A DNA stretch of 59,680 nt, counting the filler. It is 4 parts of 4 records of this genome, joined end to end, with 100 filler letters (N's around TTAATTAATTAA, not from the genome) between each part and the next. Parts side by side here need not be neighbours in the genome. Positions count along the whole stretch, not along the records: positions 11,452 to 38,657 come from SRR20825019_1840; 3 more parts are not named here. One strand, given 5' to 3'. Below the pieces are notes generated by a model. That model was not told the origin of the DNA and did no database searches. It saw only the letters and a list, made by a program, of their open reading frames with translations. The position numbers and the translations under genes are program-made. Positions 28,808 to 37,211 of the stretch are shown in pieces. How positions within the stretch are numbered: the stretch's first letter is position 1; the number at the start of each line of letters is the position of its first letter.

Positions 28808-30518
28808 GGAACAGCTCCGGGTCGTAGGCCGCCATCATGCCGTCTTCCATATGCATCTGCCTGTCGGCGGCATCGAAGAAGCGGTTGTCATGGGTGACGG
28901 CGATAATAGTGGCTCCGCGTGATCGCAGCATGCCCAAAATTTCGCGATAGAATTTGCGCCGGAACATCGGGTCCTGGTCGGCGGCCCACTCGTCCAGCAC
29001 CAAAACCGGCCGTTTCTCCAGGGCTGCCGCCAGAAGGGCAAGGCGCTTGCGCTGGCCGGTGGAGAGGTCGGTGGTCGAAAACCGGCGGCCGTTAAACTGC
29101 ACCTTGTTGTTAATCTCCAGCGTGTCGATCCAGTCGGGGGCATCTTCCAGAGCCTCGTCCGAAACGCTATAAAGCTCTGAGAACAGGTGGAAATCGCCGA
29201 ACACGGTGGAGAATATCTCGCGATAATCCTGCAGGGCTGTCTTGGGCAGGGCTTTGCCATCCACCAACAGCGTGCCTTCTTGCAGGGGATAGAGCCCGGT
29301 CAGCACGCGCAACAGGGTGGACTTGCCGGAACCGTTGCCACCGGTGATGAACAGAACCTCGCCGCGGGTGACCGTAAGATCGATCGGGCCGACGGTGAAG
29401 GACTCGCTGGGGGCACCGTTCGGCGGGCTGTAGCGGAACACGGCCCTGCGCAGCTCAATGGTCTTGAAGTTGGCGTAGCGCGTGCTGTCCGACACCGGGG
29501 CATCGGAGAGCGGATGGCCGTCTTCATCGACAGCAAGCTCAACTCCGGACAACCGCTTCAGGTGGCGTTCCAGATCCATGATCGCCTCGGAAGCGGCCGA
29601 GGCGTTTTCGAAGATCGGGATTGAGCCGATCAGACCTGAGATCGGCCCGATGATGAACAGCACGGCGGTGGTCGATTTCTGAACCTCGTCGGAATAGCCG
29701 GAGGTCAGGAGCGGGACCACGAAGACCATTGTGCCGAGCAGCAGGTAGAAAGCGGTCTGGGAGAACACGAAGTTTTTGGCCAGCATGATCTGGGTCACGC
29801 CGCGCATCTCCGAGGCGCGCTGGCTGATCTCCTCGATCCGGGAGACGATGGCCCGGGCCTTGCCCCGGCTTAGCTTTGCTTCCTTGAAGCCGTCCAGCAG
29901 GTCGTCGATCGTGGTGTAGACGTCGTTATCCATCTCCAACGTGCCGCGCAGGTCACTGCGCACCGAGTAGGATTTTCGCCAATAGACGAACAGCGCGACA
30001 CTCATGAAGGCGACCAGCGCGATGAAGGACGTGATCGATATCCAGGCGATATAGAGCGTCGTGAACAGGATCAGGATCGACATCTGCACGGCGATGGTCA
30101 CGGTCGAGGCGGATTGCGACAATGTCTGCATGTGGCGGGCGATGCCGCTATAGATTACCGCCCGGCCAAGCTGCTCGACATCGAGCAGCTCGCAATGCTG
30201 CAGATGATTGACGATGCGCATGCGCACCCGATGGATCATCGCCTCCACCTGTTCGGCGGCCTGGGTCAGGATCCAGCGCTGGGCAACGACATAGAGCAAC
30301 ATCGCCGCAGCAAAGAATATGGCGTAGAGCGGCCGGGATTCCGACTGCTCCGCATGTTCGGCGGCGGTATTGATGATCGCCAGAATCATGGCGTTGGTCA
30401 GGCCGGCGACAGCGGCCACGGTCAATGCCTTGCGCGGCGATAGCGTGGCTTCGCGGCGCAGGAACTTAATCAGGCCGTTAGACGCAACCAGATCGGCAGC
30501 GGCGGAACCGGTCTTCAT
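28800..30518 (-). CDS. Cyclic peptide export ABC transporter (SyrD/PvdE/YojI family), fused TMD-NBD
   Basis: LLDGFKEAKL, VGPIDLT, GGNGSGKST, LTGLY, LSTGQRKRLAL and the family-diagnostic DEWAADQDP.FRRKFY. Confidence 0.95.
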   Translation of the reverse strand: MKTGSAAADLVASNGLIKFLRREATLSPRKALTVAAVAGLTNAMILAIINTAAEHAEQSESRPLYAIFFAAAMLLYVVAQRWILTQAAEQVEAMIHRVRMRIVNHLQHCELLDVEQLGRAVIYSGIARHMQTLSQSASTVTIAVQMSILILFTTLYIAWISITSFIALVAFMSVALFVYWRKSYSVRSDLRGTLEMDNDVYTTIDDLLDGFKEAKLSRGKARAIVSRIEEISQRASEMRGVTQIMLAKNFVFSQTAFYLLLGTMVFVVPLLTSGYSDEVQKSTTAVLFIIGPISGLIGSIPIFENASAASEAIMDLERHLKRLSGVELAVDEDGHPLSDAPVSDSTRYANFKTIELRRAVFRYSPPNGAPSESFTVGPIDLTVTRGEVLFITGGNGSGKSTLLRVLTGLYPLQEGTLLVDGKALPKTALQDYREIFSTVFGDFHLFSELYSVSDEALEDAPDWIDTLEINNKVQFNGRRFSTTDLSTGQRKRLALLAAALEKRPVLVLDEWAADQDPMFRRKFYREILGMLRSRGATIIAVTHDNRFFDAADRQMHMEDGMMAAYDPELFHD

Positions 30519-30542
30519 CGCGGAAATCCCTCCCGGGGCGGG

Positions 30543-30737
30543 TTAGCCTTCAGCAGAAGAGCCGGATGAAGTGGTCTTGGGAAACGGCCGCACCAGGGCC
30601 AGGACCAGCCCGACCAGAAGCGGCGTGAGGATCACGCAACACAGAAAAACCCCGAACCCGCCGATCCGGGTGTGCCGTCCGACAAAAGCCAGGATCAGAG
30701 AGAGCAGTATATAGAGGCCGAGCGGGATAAATTGCAT
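30543..30737 (-). CDS. 64-aa two-TM membrane protein
   Basis: TM-GRHTRIGGFG-TM-LTPLLVG pattern, in strand with its neighbours. Confidence 0.7.
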   Translation of the reverse strand: MQFIPLGLYILLSLILAFVGRHTRIGGFGVFLCCVILTPLLVGLVLALVRPFPKTTSSGSSAEG

Positions 30738-30834
30738 GGGCGCGATCCGTTATGAGCGTCTCTGCGGCGTAACAACCGACCGGAGCATGTCTGGCCCGGT
30801 CGGTTGTCCGAAGTTTTTCAGCCACGCTGGGCGA

Positions 30835-31329
30835 TCAGGCAGCGGCCTTCTTCGTTTCGGACGGCTCGTCCGATGCTTTCGAAACGCCTTCCTCGAAATC
30901 GGACTTGAAATGATCGCGGATAGAGTCCGGATCGAGATTCATGACGTTGCCGCCGGCTTCGAAATGCCGGATGAAGACCTTGCCGACTGCATAGGTAGAG
31001 GCTGTGGTGAAGACCGGGGAGGTCAACGCGCCAAGCACGGTTCCGACACCCGGAATAGCTTTGATCAGGCTGGAGGCACCGCGTGCGACCCCGGCCGGCA
31101 CCAGACTGCCCAGGAGGCTGGCGATGATCGTTTTCACGACATTACGCGAGAACGGCACTTCGTAGAGTTTCGCCAGATCGGCGACCATCTTGACCTGAAC
31201 CAGGGTAACCGCTGCCAGATCGGCAAACGGAAGCGGGATGAAACTGGCTCCGGCGGACCAGCCCATATAGGTGTTTACGATGCTCGTGGCTTCGATGCGC
31301 CGAGCAGCCAATACATCATCTTCTTCCAT
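30835..31329 (-). CDS. DUF697/YcjF-like protein
   Basis: IPLPFADLAAVTLVQVKMVADLAKLYEVPF, SLIKAIPGVGT, ASTYAVGKVF..HFE.GG. GGAG RBS before ATG 31329. Confidence 0.88.
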   Translation of the reverse strand: MEEDDVLAARRIEATSIVNTYMGWSAGASFIPLPFADLAAVTLVQVKMVADLAKLYEVPFSRNVVKTIIASLLGSLVPAGVARGASSLIKAIPGVGTVLGALTSPVFTTASTYAVGKVFIRHFEAGGNVMNLDPDSIRDHFKSDFEEGVSKASDEPSETKKAAA

Positions 31330-31474
31330 CAATTTTCTCCAGACTGGGTGAAGCACTGTTTCACAAAATGCTGCGTGGCCAAGCGGTCTCCCAAGGGTAT
31401 TCCGCGTCCGGCCGCTCGAAGGTCTTTGTCAATCATTTCAAGCATATCTGAATCAACCTCCCGTGTACAACGGA

Positions 31475-33496
31475 TCAGAAACTTTTAGCGATTCTCAGTT
31501 GCGGCAGGATGAAACTTTCCTCGCCTCCCGCGCCAATCGAGGCTGCAACCCGTAATTCCGCCCGAAGCCCGCCGGTCGCGAGATAGCGCAGGCCTCCCGT
31601 CAGGTTAAAGAGATCCTGTGCCGCCGCGCGGGAATCGGCATGGATGGTCTGGCCGGATGACAACCTTCCGTCGATTTTGCGTTCCGCGTCGAGCAGGTCG
31701 CGTTCGTATCCGACGCCGAGATAGGGTTGCAGGATGTCGTTCGCGCTGTCGACATCCGTCCAGACGGTGAAATCCACACCGGCCTTCACTTCGGCGACAT
31801 CGCTGTCATCAACTGTCAGGTTAAGAAAGCTCGCGCCACTCTCCGTAAAACCGTCGAGAGTGGTCCAGCCAGCGCCGAGGCGTCCGGTGGCAGCATAGCC
31901 AATACGGCGCTGGCCGATTTCGACATCATTGTCCCAGCGCGCTTCCAACTCGGCGTTGGCGCCCCAGCCGCTGGTGTCGCTGCGTGCTGTCGGCATGACC
32001 GAGAAACCCGTGTCGCGCTTCACGTCATCGACCGTGTGATAGGACAGGCCCGCCTGCAATCCGAGGCTGAAGGCCCCGCTGCGCCAGCCGCCGAAGCCGC
32101 CGACCGTCACCGCATTGTTGTCGAAGGAACCGCCTCCGTTGATTGAGGAGTCCATGGTGGCGTAGCTGAGATGGGCTCCGAAGACGATATCCTTGGTGGT
32201 TTCGGCGGGCCGGTAGGCGACGCCGGCAATCGCCATCTGGCTGTCATAGTCGTAGCCGGAAAAATCCCCGTCCTTGTCCCGGCTGCCGACACCATTCTCG
32301 GCGATGACGAAAACCGTGCTGTTGCCGAATTCCTGACTGCTGATCGGAGCCGTTCCGGCGCCCGCGAAGCCCGGCCCGCCGTGCAGATCGTGGATCTGCC
32401 CGCGCAGGGCGGACATCACCGCGCGCTGCTGCTCGAGGCCTGAATCGGCAAGGGCCGCAAGCCGGCCGCCATCGGCATCGACGGCTTGCAGCGTTGCCGT
32501 CACCAGTTCGGCGATATAGCCGTGGGCCGCTGTCGTCGGGTGCTGGCCATCCCAATAGAGCGTGGCCGCCTCGCTCGCGGCGTCGGGGCATTGGCCGTTT
32601 GCCACATCGTTGGTGATGCAGGAGCCTGTGGTGTTGGTGAAACCATAGAGGCCCGGCCGCACATCGATATCGTCATAGAGCGAATCGAGATCCACCAAGA
32701 TGATCTCAAGGCCGGTATTCGCCCGGGCGTTGGCCAGCATGGCCAGCATGCCGGCATTGTGCGCGGCCGACAGCTGTCCGGATTGCGCGAGTTGCTCCGC
32801 GTTGAAAGCCGATATCAGGGTGGGCACCCGGTCGAGATCGAACAGGTTGAGCACGATCGCCCGCCGGGCACCGAGAGCCGAGGCTTTTTCCAGACCTGTC
32901 TGGATGTTGGCGAGCGTCTGGTCGACGATGCCTTGCTCGCTGACGCCCGGATTGGCGCCGAGAACATAGTTCGTATAGTCGTTGCCGCCGGTCAGGATGG
33001 CGAAGGTGGCGCCGGAGGTGTTGGCGACGACTCCGGAGGCATTATAGGCGGTCAGGTCATCCATGACGGTGAGCAGCCCGGGAGCACTCGGTAACTCTTC
33101 CGTGCCGGCCTTCGCACCCCCGAAGGCGAAACTGAGACTGACGCCTTCCTGGGCGCCTGGGTCGGTTGTCGAGCCGCAGAGACCTGACAGTCCGTTGGAG
33201 GCGTTTTCCGAGACGCAGTCCGGATTGCTGAAATAATAATCCATGTAATAGAGCTGCGTCGGCGCCATCTGGTCGGTCCAGTTCGGGCCGTTCGAAAAGC
33301 GCCCCTGATAATAGGGGGGGCTTAATGGGACCACGTTCGACGGCTGAACCAGTTTGGTGGCGATAAAGCTGTTCTGGTTGTCCACCAGACTGTCGCCAAG
33401 GAAAATATACCGGTCATCGGCCGAAGCCGGTGCGGAAAAACCGAGAAGTGCGCCATATATGGTTGTGGCGAAAAGTGCGCGAAATGATTGGGCCAT
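31475..33496 (-). CDS. SGNH/GDSL esterase autotransporter (EstA/ApeE-like)
   Basis: Signal peptide ending ASA, blocks GDSL, GRFSNG, FAFGGA, GGNDY, DGQHPT, then a ~300-aa beta-barrel ending in F. Confidence 0.93.
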   Translation of the reverse strand: MAQSFRALFATTIYGALLGFSAPASADDRYIFLGDSLVDNQNSFIATKLVQPSNVVPLSPPYYQGRFSNGPNWTDQMAPTQLYYMDYYFSNPDCVSENASNGLSGLCGSTTDPGAQEGVSLSFAFGGAKAGTEELPSAPGLLTVMDDLTAYNASGVVANTSGATFAILTGGNDYTNYVLGANPGVSEQGIVDQTLANIQTGLEKASALGARRAIVLNLFDLDRVPTLISAFNAEQLAQSGQLSAAHNAGMLAMLANARANTGLEIILVDLDSLYDDIDVRPGLYGFTNTTGSCITNDVANGQCPDAASEAATLYWDGQHPTTAAHGYIAELVTATLQAVDADGGRLAALADSGLEQQRAVMSALRGQIHDLHGGPGFAGAGTAPISSQEFGNSTVFVIAENGVGSRDKDGDFSGYDYDSQMAIAGVAYRPAETTKDIVFGAHLSYATMDSSINGGGSFDNNAVTVGGFGGWRSGAFSLGLQAGLSYHTVDDVKRDTGFSVMPTARSDTSGWGANAELEARWDNDVEIGQRRIGYAATGRLGAGWTTLDGFTESGASFLNLTVDDSDVAEVKAGVDFTVWTDVDSANDILQPYLGVGYERDLLDAERKIDGRLSSGQTIHADSRAAAQDLFNLTGGLRYLATGGLRAELRVAASIGAGGEESFILPQLRIAKSF

Positions 33497-33512
33497 GACG
33501 CCTGTCCTCCGC

Positions 33513-34799
33513 TTAGAACGTTACGACGACGGAAATCGTCGCCGAGGTTTCGCTATACTGGACATTGGCCAGGAAAGCATCGTTCACGAGCTGGTTCGAC
33601 GCGGAGGCATTGAGCATCAGCTCGACACGGTCGTGGACTTGCCATGCCGCGGTCGCATCCAGTGTGTAGCTTTTCGCCGTGTAGGGTGTGCCCTCGATCT
33701 CGTAATAGCGCAGGGTCGGGCCGACTTTGAGATAGACATTGTCCGCCGGCCGGTAGAGTGCGGCGACCCCGGCAAGATTGGTGAACAGACCGCCTGACGT
33801 CTCGATATTCGTTTCGTCGAACGTGCGCTGCAAAACGCCGCCAATGCCCCAGGTATCGTCGATCTTGTAAGAGAGCTGGGCCGTACCGACACCGGAGACG
33901 ACTTCGCCGATGGTCGGCGCGTTGAAATATTGCGCGAAGCCGATGACGCGGATCAGGCCGGACAGATTGCCATGGCTGAACTCGGCACCGATACCGACAC
34001 GGCCGCCTTCGGAATCACGATCCTCGGGCAGAAGGAAATCGGAGCCTGAATATTTGATCCGGATCGGGCCGCCGAAGATGGAGGCTTTACCCCAGCTGTA
34101 ATGCTGTCCGGCTTCGAGCGTGAGATTGTATTCCTCGCGATCCTGGGACTGCAGCCGGCTGACGACGGTTACATCGATATCGGTGTCGTTGGAGACATCC
34201 TGATAGCGGCTCAAAAGATTGACGAAATAGGTTTTGTTATCCCATCCGAGCGCGGCTTCCAGCGTGTCGGTCTGGGTTGTCCCGTTCAGGTTCCCGTTAA
34301 ACTGCTGCGGATCGTTCTTGCCGATAATGCTGGTTTCGCTGAGAGCGCCAAGCCGCAGGTTGAGCGTGTCGGTAAAGTCGTAGCGTCCGCTGATCGTGCC
34401 GGAGAGGGCCCGGCTTTTCTGGTCGGAAACGTCGAGGGCTGCCTGGTCAACATAACTGACGGTGGCCGCCAATGCGTGCTCTTCCCAATCCGACTGGGCT
34501 GCCGCGTTGATGGCGAGAAGCCTTCTGAGATCTGATTCTTCGGACGGGTCGAGGCGGATATTGTCCGTGGCCGTAAGGCCGGCCTGAATACGGTTGTAGA
34601 ATTTGAAACCGCCGAAGCTAAGGCCGGATGGTTGCTCGAAGCCGGGAGTGGGCGGGAGTGGCGCTATTTGCGCCATTGCGGGCGTCGCGGCGGCAATAGC
34701 TGCCAACAGGACGGTCAGTGATGCTGCCACTGTCCGACATGCCCGCAGCAACGATTGTTTGCGCGTAGTCCCGGCTGGCTTTGATGCTTTGACTTTCAT
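33513..34799 (-). CDS. Outer-membrane beta-barrel protein (BBP2/DUF2320-like)
   Basis: Signal segment ending AMA-Q, G..FGGF.F......G...TDNI, SDWEEHAL, alternating strands, terminal F. AAGGGGG before ATG 34799; start uncertain. Confidence 0.78.
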   Translation of the reverse strand: MKVKASKPAGTTRKQSLLRACRTVAASLTVLLAAIAAATPAMAQIAPLPPTPGFEQPSGLSFGGFKFYNRIQAGLTATDNIRLDPSEESDLRRLLAINAAAQSDWEEHALAATVSYVDQAALDVSDQKSRALSGTISGRYDFTDTLNLRLGALSETSIIGKNDPQQFNGNLNGTTQTDTLEAALGWDNKTYFVNLLSRYQDVSNDTDIDVTVVSRLQSQDREEYNLTLEAGQHYSWGKASIFGGPIRIKYSGSDFLLPEDRDSEGGRVGIGAEFSHGNLSGLIRVIGFAQYFNAPTIGEVVSGVGTAQLSYKIDDTWGIGGVLQRTFDETNIETSGGLFTNLAGVAALYRPADNVYLKVGPTLRYYEIEGTPYTAKSYTLDATAAWQVHDRVELMLNASASNQLVNDAFLANVQYSETSATISVVVTF

Positions 34800-34855
34800 A
34801 TCCCCCTTAACCGCCAATGCACCCATTTTCCCCGAGATGCAGCGCGGTCCCCCTG

Positions 34856-35566
34856 TTAGTTTTGCTTTGTTTTTGCAGCCTGTTGGGCCAGGTCGGCCAT
34901 CCGGGCCGGTATGGTTCCAAAGCGTGTTGTGGTGATGACATTGCGGCAGTCGAGCCCATTTTCGAATGCGCAATATGGAACGTTGATCGTTGCCTGCAGA
35001 TTGTCGCAGCTTTTCAGAAAGAGAGGCGAAGCGAGGGCATCGGTTTCCTCGCCGTCATCCAATGGTCCGGCCATGATGCTTGTTGCCGAACGGCCATCGT
35101 CGACTTTCGATGTGAATTCGATTTCAGCCACGATGCGGAAAACACCGAGGTTGGTCAGATTTCGTACCGTGATGACCGGGATGCAATTGTCAATCAAGCT
35201 GTGTCCGCTCCGGTCGGTTGAGATGGCGCGGGAGATGACGATTTGCAGCAGGCCGCCGCGGCTTCTGCTGTATTGCCAGCGAAGCTCGGGCTGATCTGTG
35301 ACCGGGTTGATCGTACGCGTAAGCGTGACGGATCGGCCATGGTCGCTTATCGCGGTCACTTTGTCTGCGTTGTGGAAGTCGTCTATTTTCCAGGTTCCGT
35401 TCGGCAGCAGGATTACCCGTTCGCCAACGGTCGTGGCGCCGAGGCCAGAAGGCGGTATGGTTTCGCCCTCATCAGGAGGAGGGGCTGTTGTCTGGGCATC
35501 AGCCTGGTGAGCCAGCACCGATAACAGGATCGCGGTCGCGACCAGGAAAACCCGGGAAAATTTCAT
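34856..35566 (-). CDS. Secreted hypothetical protein (DUF3157-like N-terminal motif, four Cys)
   Basis: Signal peptide ending ADA-Q, motif GERVILLPNGTW, four cysteines in the C-terminal half. Overlaps the thioesterase stop by 4 nt. Confidence 0.7.
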   Translation of the reverse strand: MKFSRVFLVATAILLSVLAHQADAQTTAPPPDEGETIPPSGLGATTVGERVILLPNGTWKIDDFHNADKVTAISDHGRSVTLTRTINPVTDQPELRWQYSRSRGGLLQIVISRAISTDRSGHSLIDNCIPVITVRNLTNLGVFRIVAEIEFTSKVDDGRSATSIMAGPLDDGEETDALASPLFLKSCDNLQATINVPYCAFENGLDCRNVITTTRFGTIPARMADLAQQAAKTKQN

Positions 35567-36444
35567 ACTTTGCTCCCGCCCGCGCGGCGTACGGATGATG
35601 TCCCCGCGAGGCTTGCCGATGATATCACAGCGCGGATCTGATGGAACGCAGCGCTTGGGTTTTCATTGATGAAAAAGTGACCGCCATCAATCCGCATCAC
35701 CTCGTGTTTCGCCTCGGTTCGTTCGGCCCATGCCGTGTCCCGGCCATTGGCGGTGGCGGCGTCGGTCGTGCCGGCGATTGTGTGAATGGGGCAGCGCACC
35801 CGCTCGCTTTCGGCCCTGGCATAGAGATCATTCGCCCGGAAATCGGCCCGCATGACGGGCAGCATCAGTTCCACGAATTCGGGAACTTCATCCATCTCCG
35901 GCGGCAAGCCGCCGAGACGCCGGACATAGTCCAGGAAAGCATCGTCATCCAGATCGGCGACAGTCGGCTGGGGGGCTGTCTGCGGGGCCGCGCGGGCCAT
36001 GGTGACAAGGCCCGCGATGTCGATGCCATCGGCTTCCAGCCGCAGGGCTGTTTCAAAGGCAAGCAAGGCGCCATAGCTATAGCCGAGCAGGACAGGGCGG
36101 TCCCAGTCTTCCGCGGCGATTGAGGCGGCGATGTTTCTGGAGATCGCCGCCGCATCCTCTTCAGGCGTTTCTCCGAAACGTTCCTCCCGGCCCGGCAACT
36201 GGACCGGGACAATACGGATGCCGGGCAGGGAGTCTGCCCATTCGCGGAAAAAACCTGCCCCCGCTCCGGCTGGGGGAAAGCAGATCAGCACTGTGCCGGG
36301 ACCCGTCCCCGCCCCCGCCCCGGCCCGGCGCTGCGCTGGAAGCCAGGGGGTCGGCGCGGCCATGGGCCGCCGGGCGTCCGGCATGGCTCCCCCGGCTATC
36401 GAGGCCGGAGTTGTCTGTCTCGTGATCGTTGATTCCGGAGCCAT
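35563..36444 (-). CDS. Type II thioesterase (NRPS editing)
   Basis: LICFPPAGAGA, VQLPGREER, GYSYG nucleophile elbow, LPVMRADF, GGHFF. ATG 36444 overlaps the MbtH stop (TGATG). Confidence 0.93.
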   Translation of the reverse strand: MAPESTITRQTTPASIAGGAMPDARRPMAAPTPWLPAQRRAGAGAGTGPGTVLICFPPAGAGAGFFREWADSLPGIRIVPVQLPGREERFGETPEEDAAAISRNIAASIAAEDWDRPVLLGYSYGALLAFETALRLEADGIDIAGLVTMARAAPQTAPQPTVADLDDDAFLDYVRRLGGLPPEMDEVPEFVELMLPVMRADFRANDLYARAESERVRCPIHTIAGTTDAATANGRDTAWAERTEAKHEVMRIDGGHFFINENPSAAFHQIRAVISSASLAGTSSVRRAGGSKV

Positions 36445-36659
36445 CAGGCCCGAACGCTTTTCGGCCGCATGTCGGTCCATGTCGTCTCGACATGGGCGAG
36501 GCAGTCCTCGTGCGTCCCTTCAAAGACGGGTTTCCAGCCGTTCGGGACCGTCTTTGCCGCTGGCCAGAGGCAATATTGTTCTTCGTGGTTGACCAGAACC
36601 TGATGCGTCGCCGTCGGGGCTTCGGTCTGGCCGTGAGCTGTCTCTGAATCGGTGCTCAT
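36444..36659 (-). CDS. mbtH: MbtH family NRPS adenylation-domain partner
   Basis: VLVNHEEQYCLWP...VPNGW...CLAHVETTWTDMRPKS. Confidence 0.96.
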   Translation of the reverse strand: MSTDSETAHGQTEAPTATHQVLVNHEEQYCLWPAAKTVPNGWKPVFEGTHEDCLAHVETTWTDMRPKSVRA

Positions 36660-37211
36660 GTCGTTCTCGTCTGCTTGTGAGGAGTGGAACGCGGCTTTTT
36701 TGCCGGCGCTGATTTCAGGGGCTTTGCTGCCGGTTCACGCACGGTTTCGGCGCTCGCATGGTCTGGTGCTTTATCTGCGCTTTCAGGCAGAAGCCCCAAC
36801 CGGCGTTCCCGGAGCTCCAGCATCTCGACCGTAGATTTATAGGTCGGGTGTGCCCAGAGCGCGAAGAGCGCGAATTTCAGAAGTGCGGCGGCGACTGGCA
36901 TCACAATACCGTAACGATAATTGGCGTATCTCGATCTGACACATGAAAGCGCTATACTCGCGCTATGCGATCCGGTCCCGAAAGTGAGTTTCATCGACAG
37001 CATCGGCACTATGGGATGGCGGGAAGGCGTTTGCAAACGATAAATTATTTGTTCACAATGGGTTCTGAGTATATCAGTCATATTTTTTCTGTGTGAAAAT
37101 GTGCCGGGTTGCAAGAAATTTAGCGAATTTTTATGCGTGATTTTCAAGGGGTGATTTCGTGTTTTGGTTTAGTTCCTTGCGTGCCCTCGGAGATTGAATG
37201 TGAGTGGCGTT

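Noticed and set aside
36656-37147. 163-aa ORF upstream of mbtH
   Set aside because: TTG start in an AT-rich promoter-like tract, atypical codon use, no recognisable motif. A shorter peptide at its 3' end cannot be excluded.
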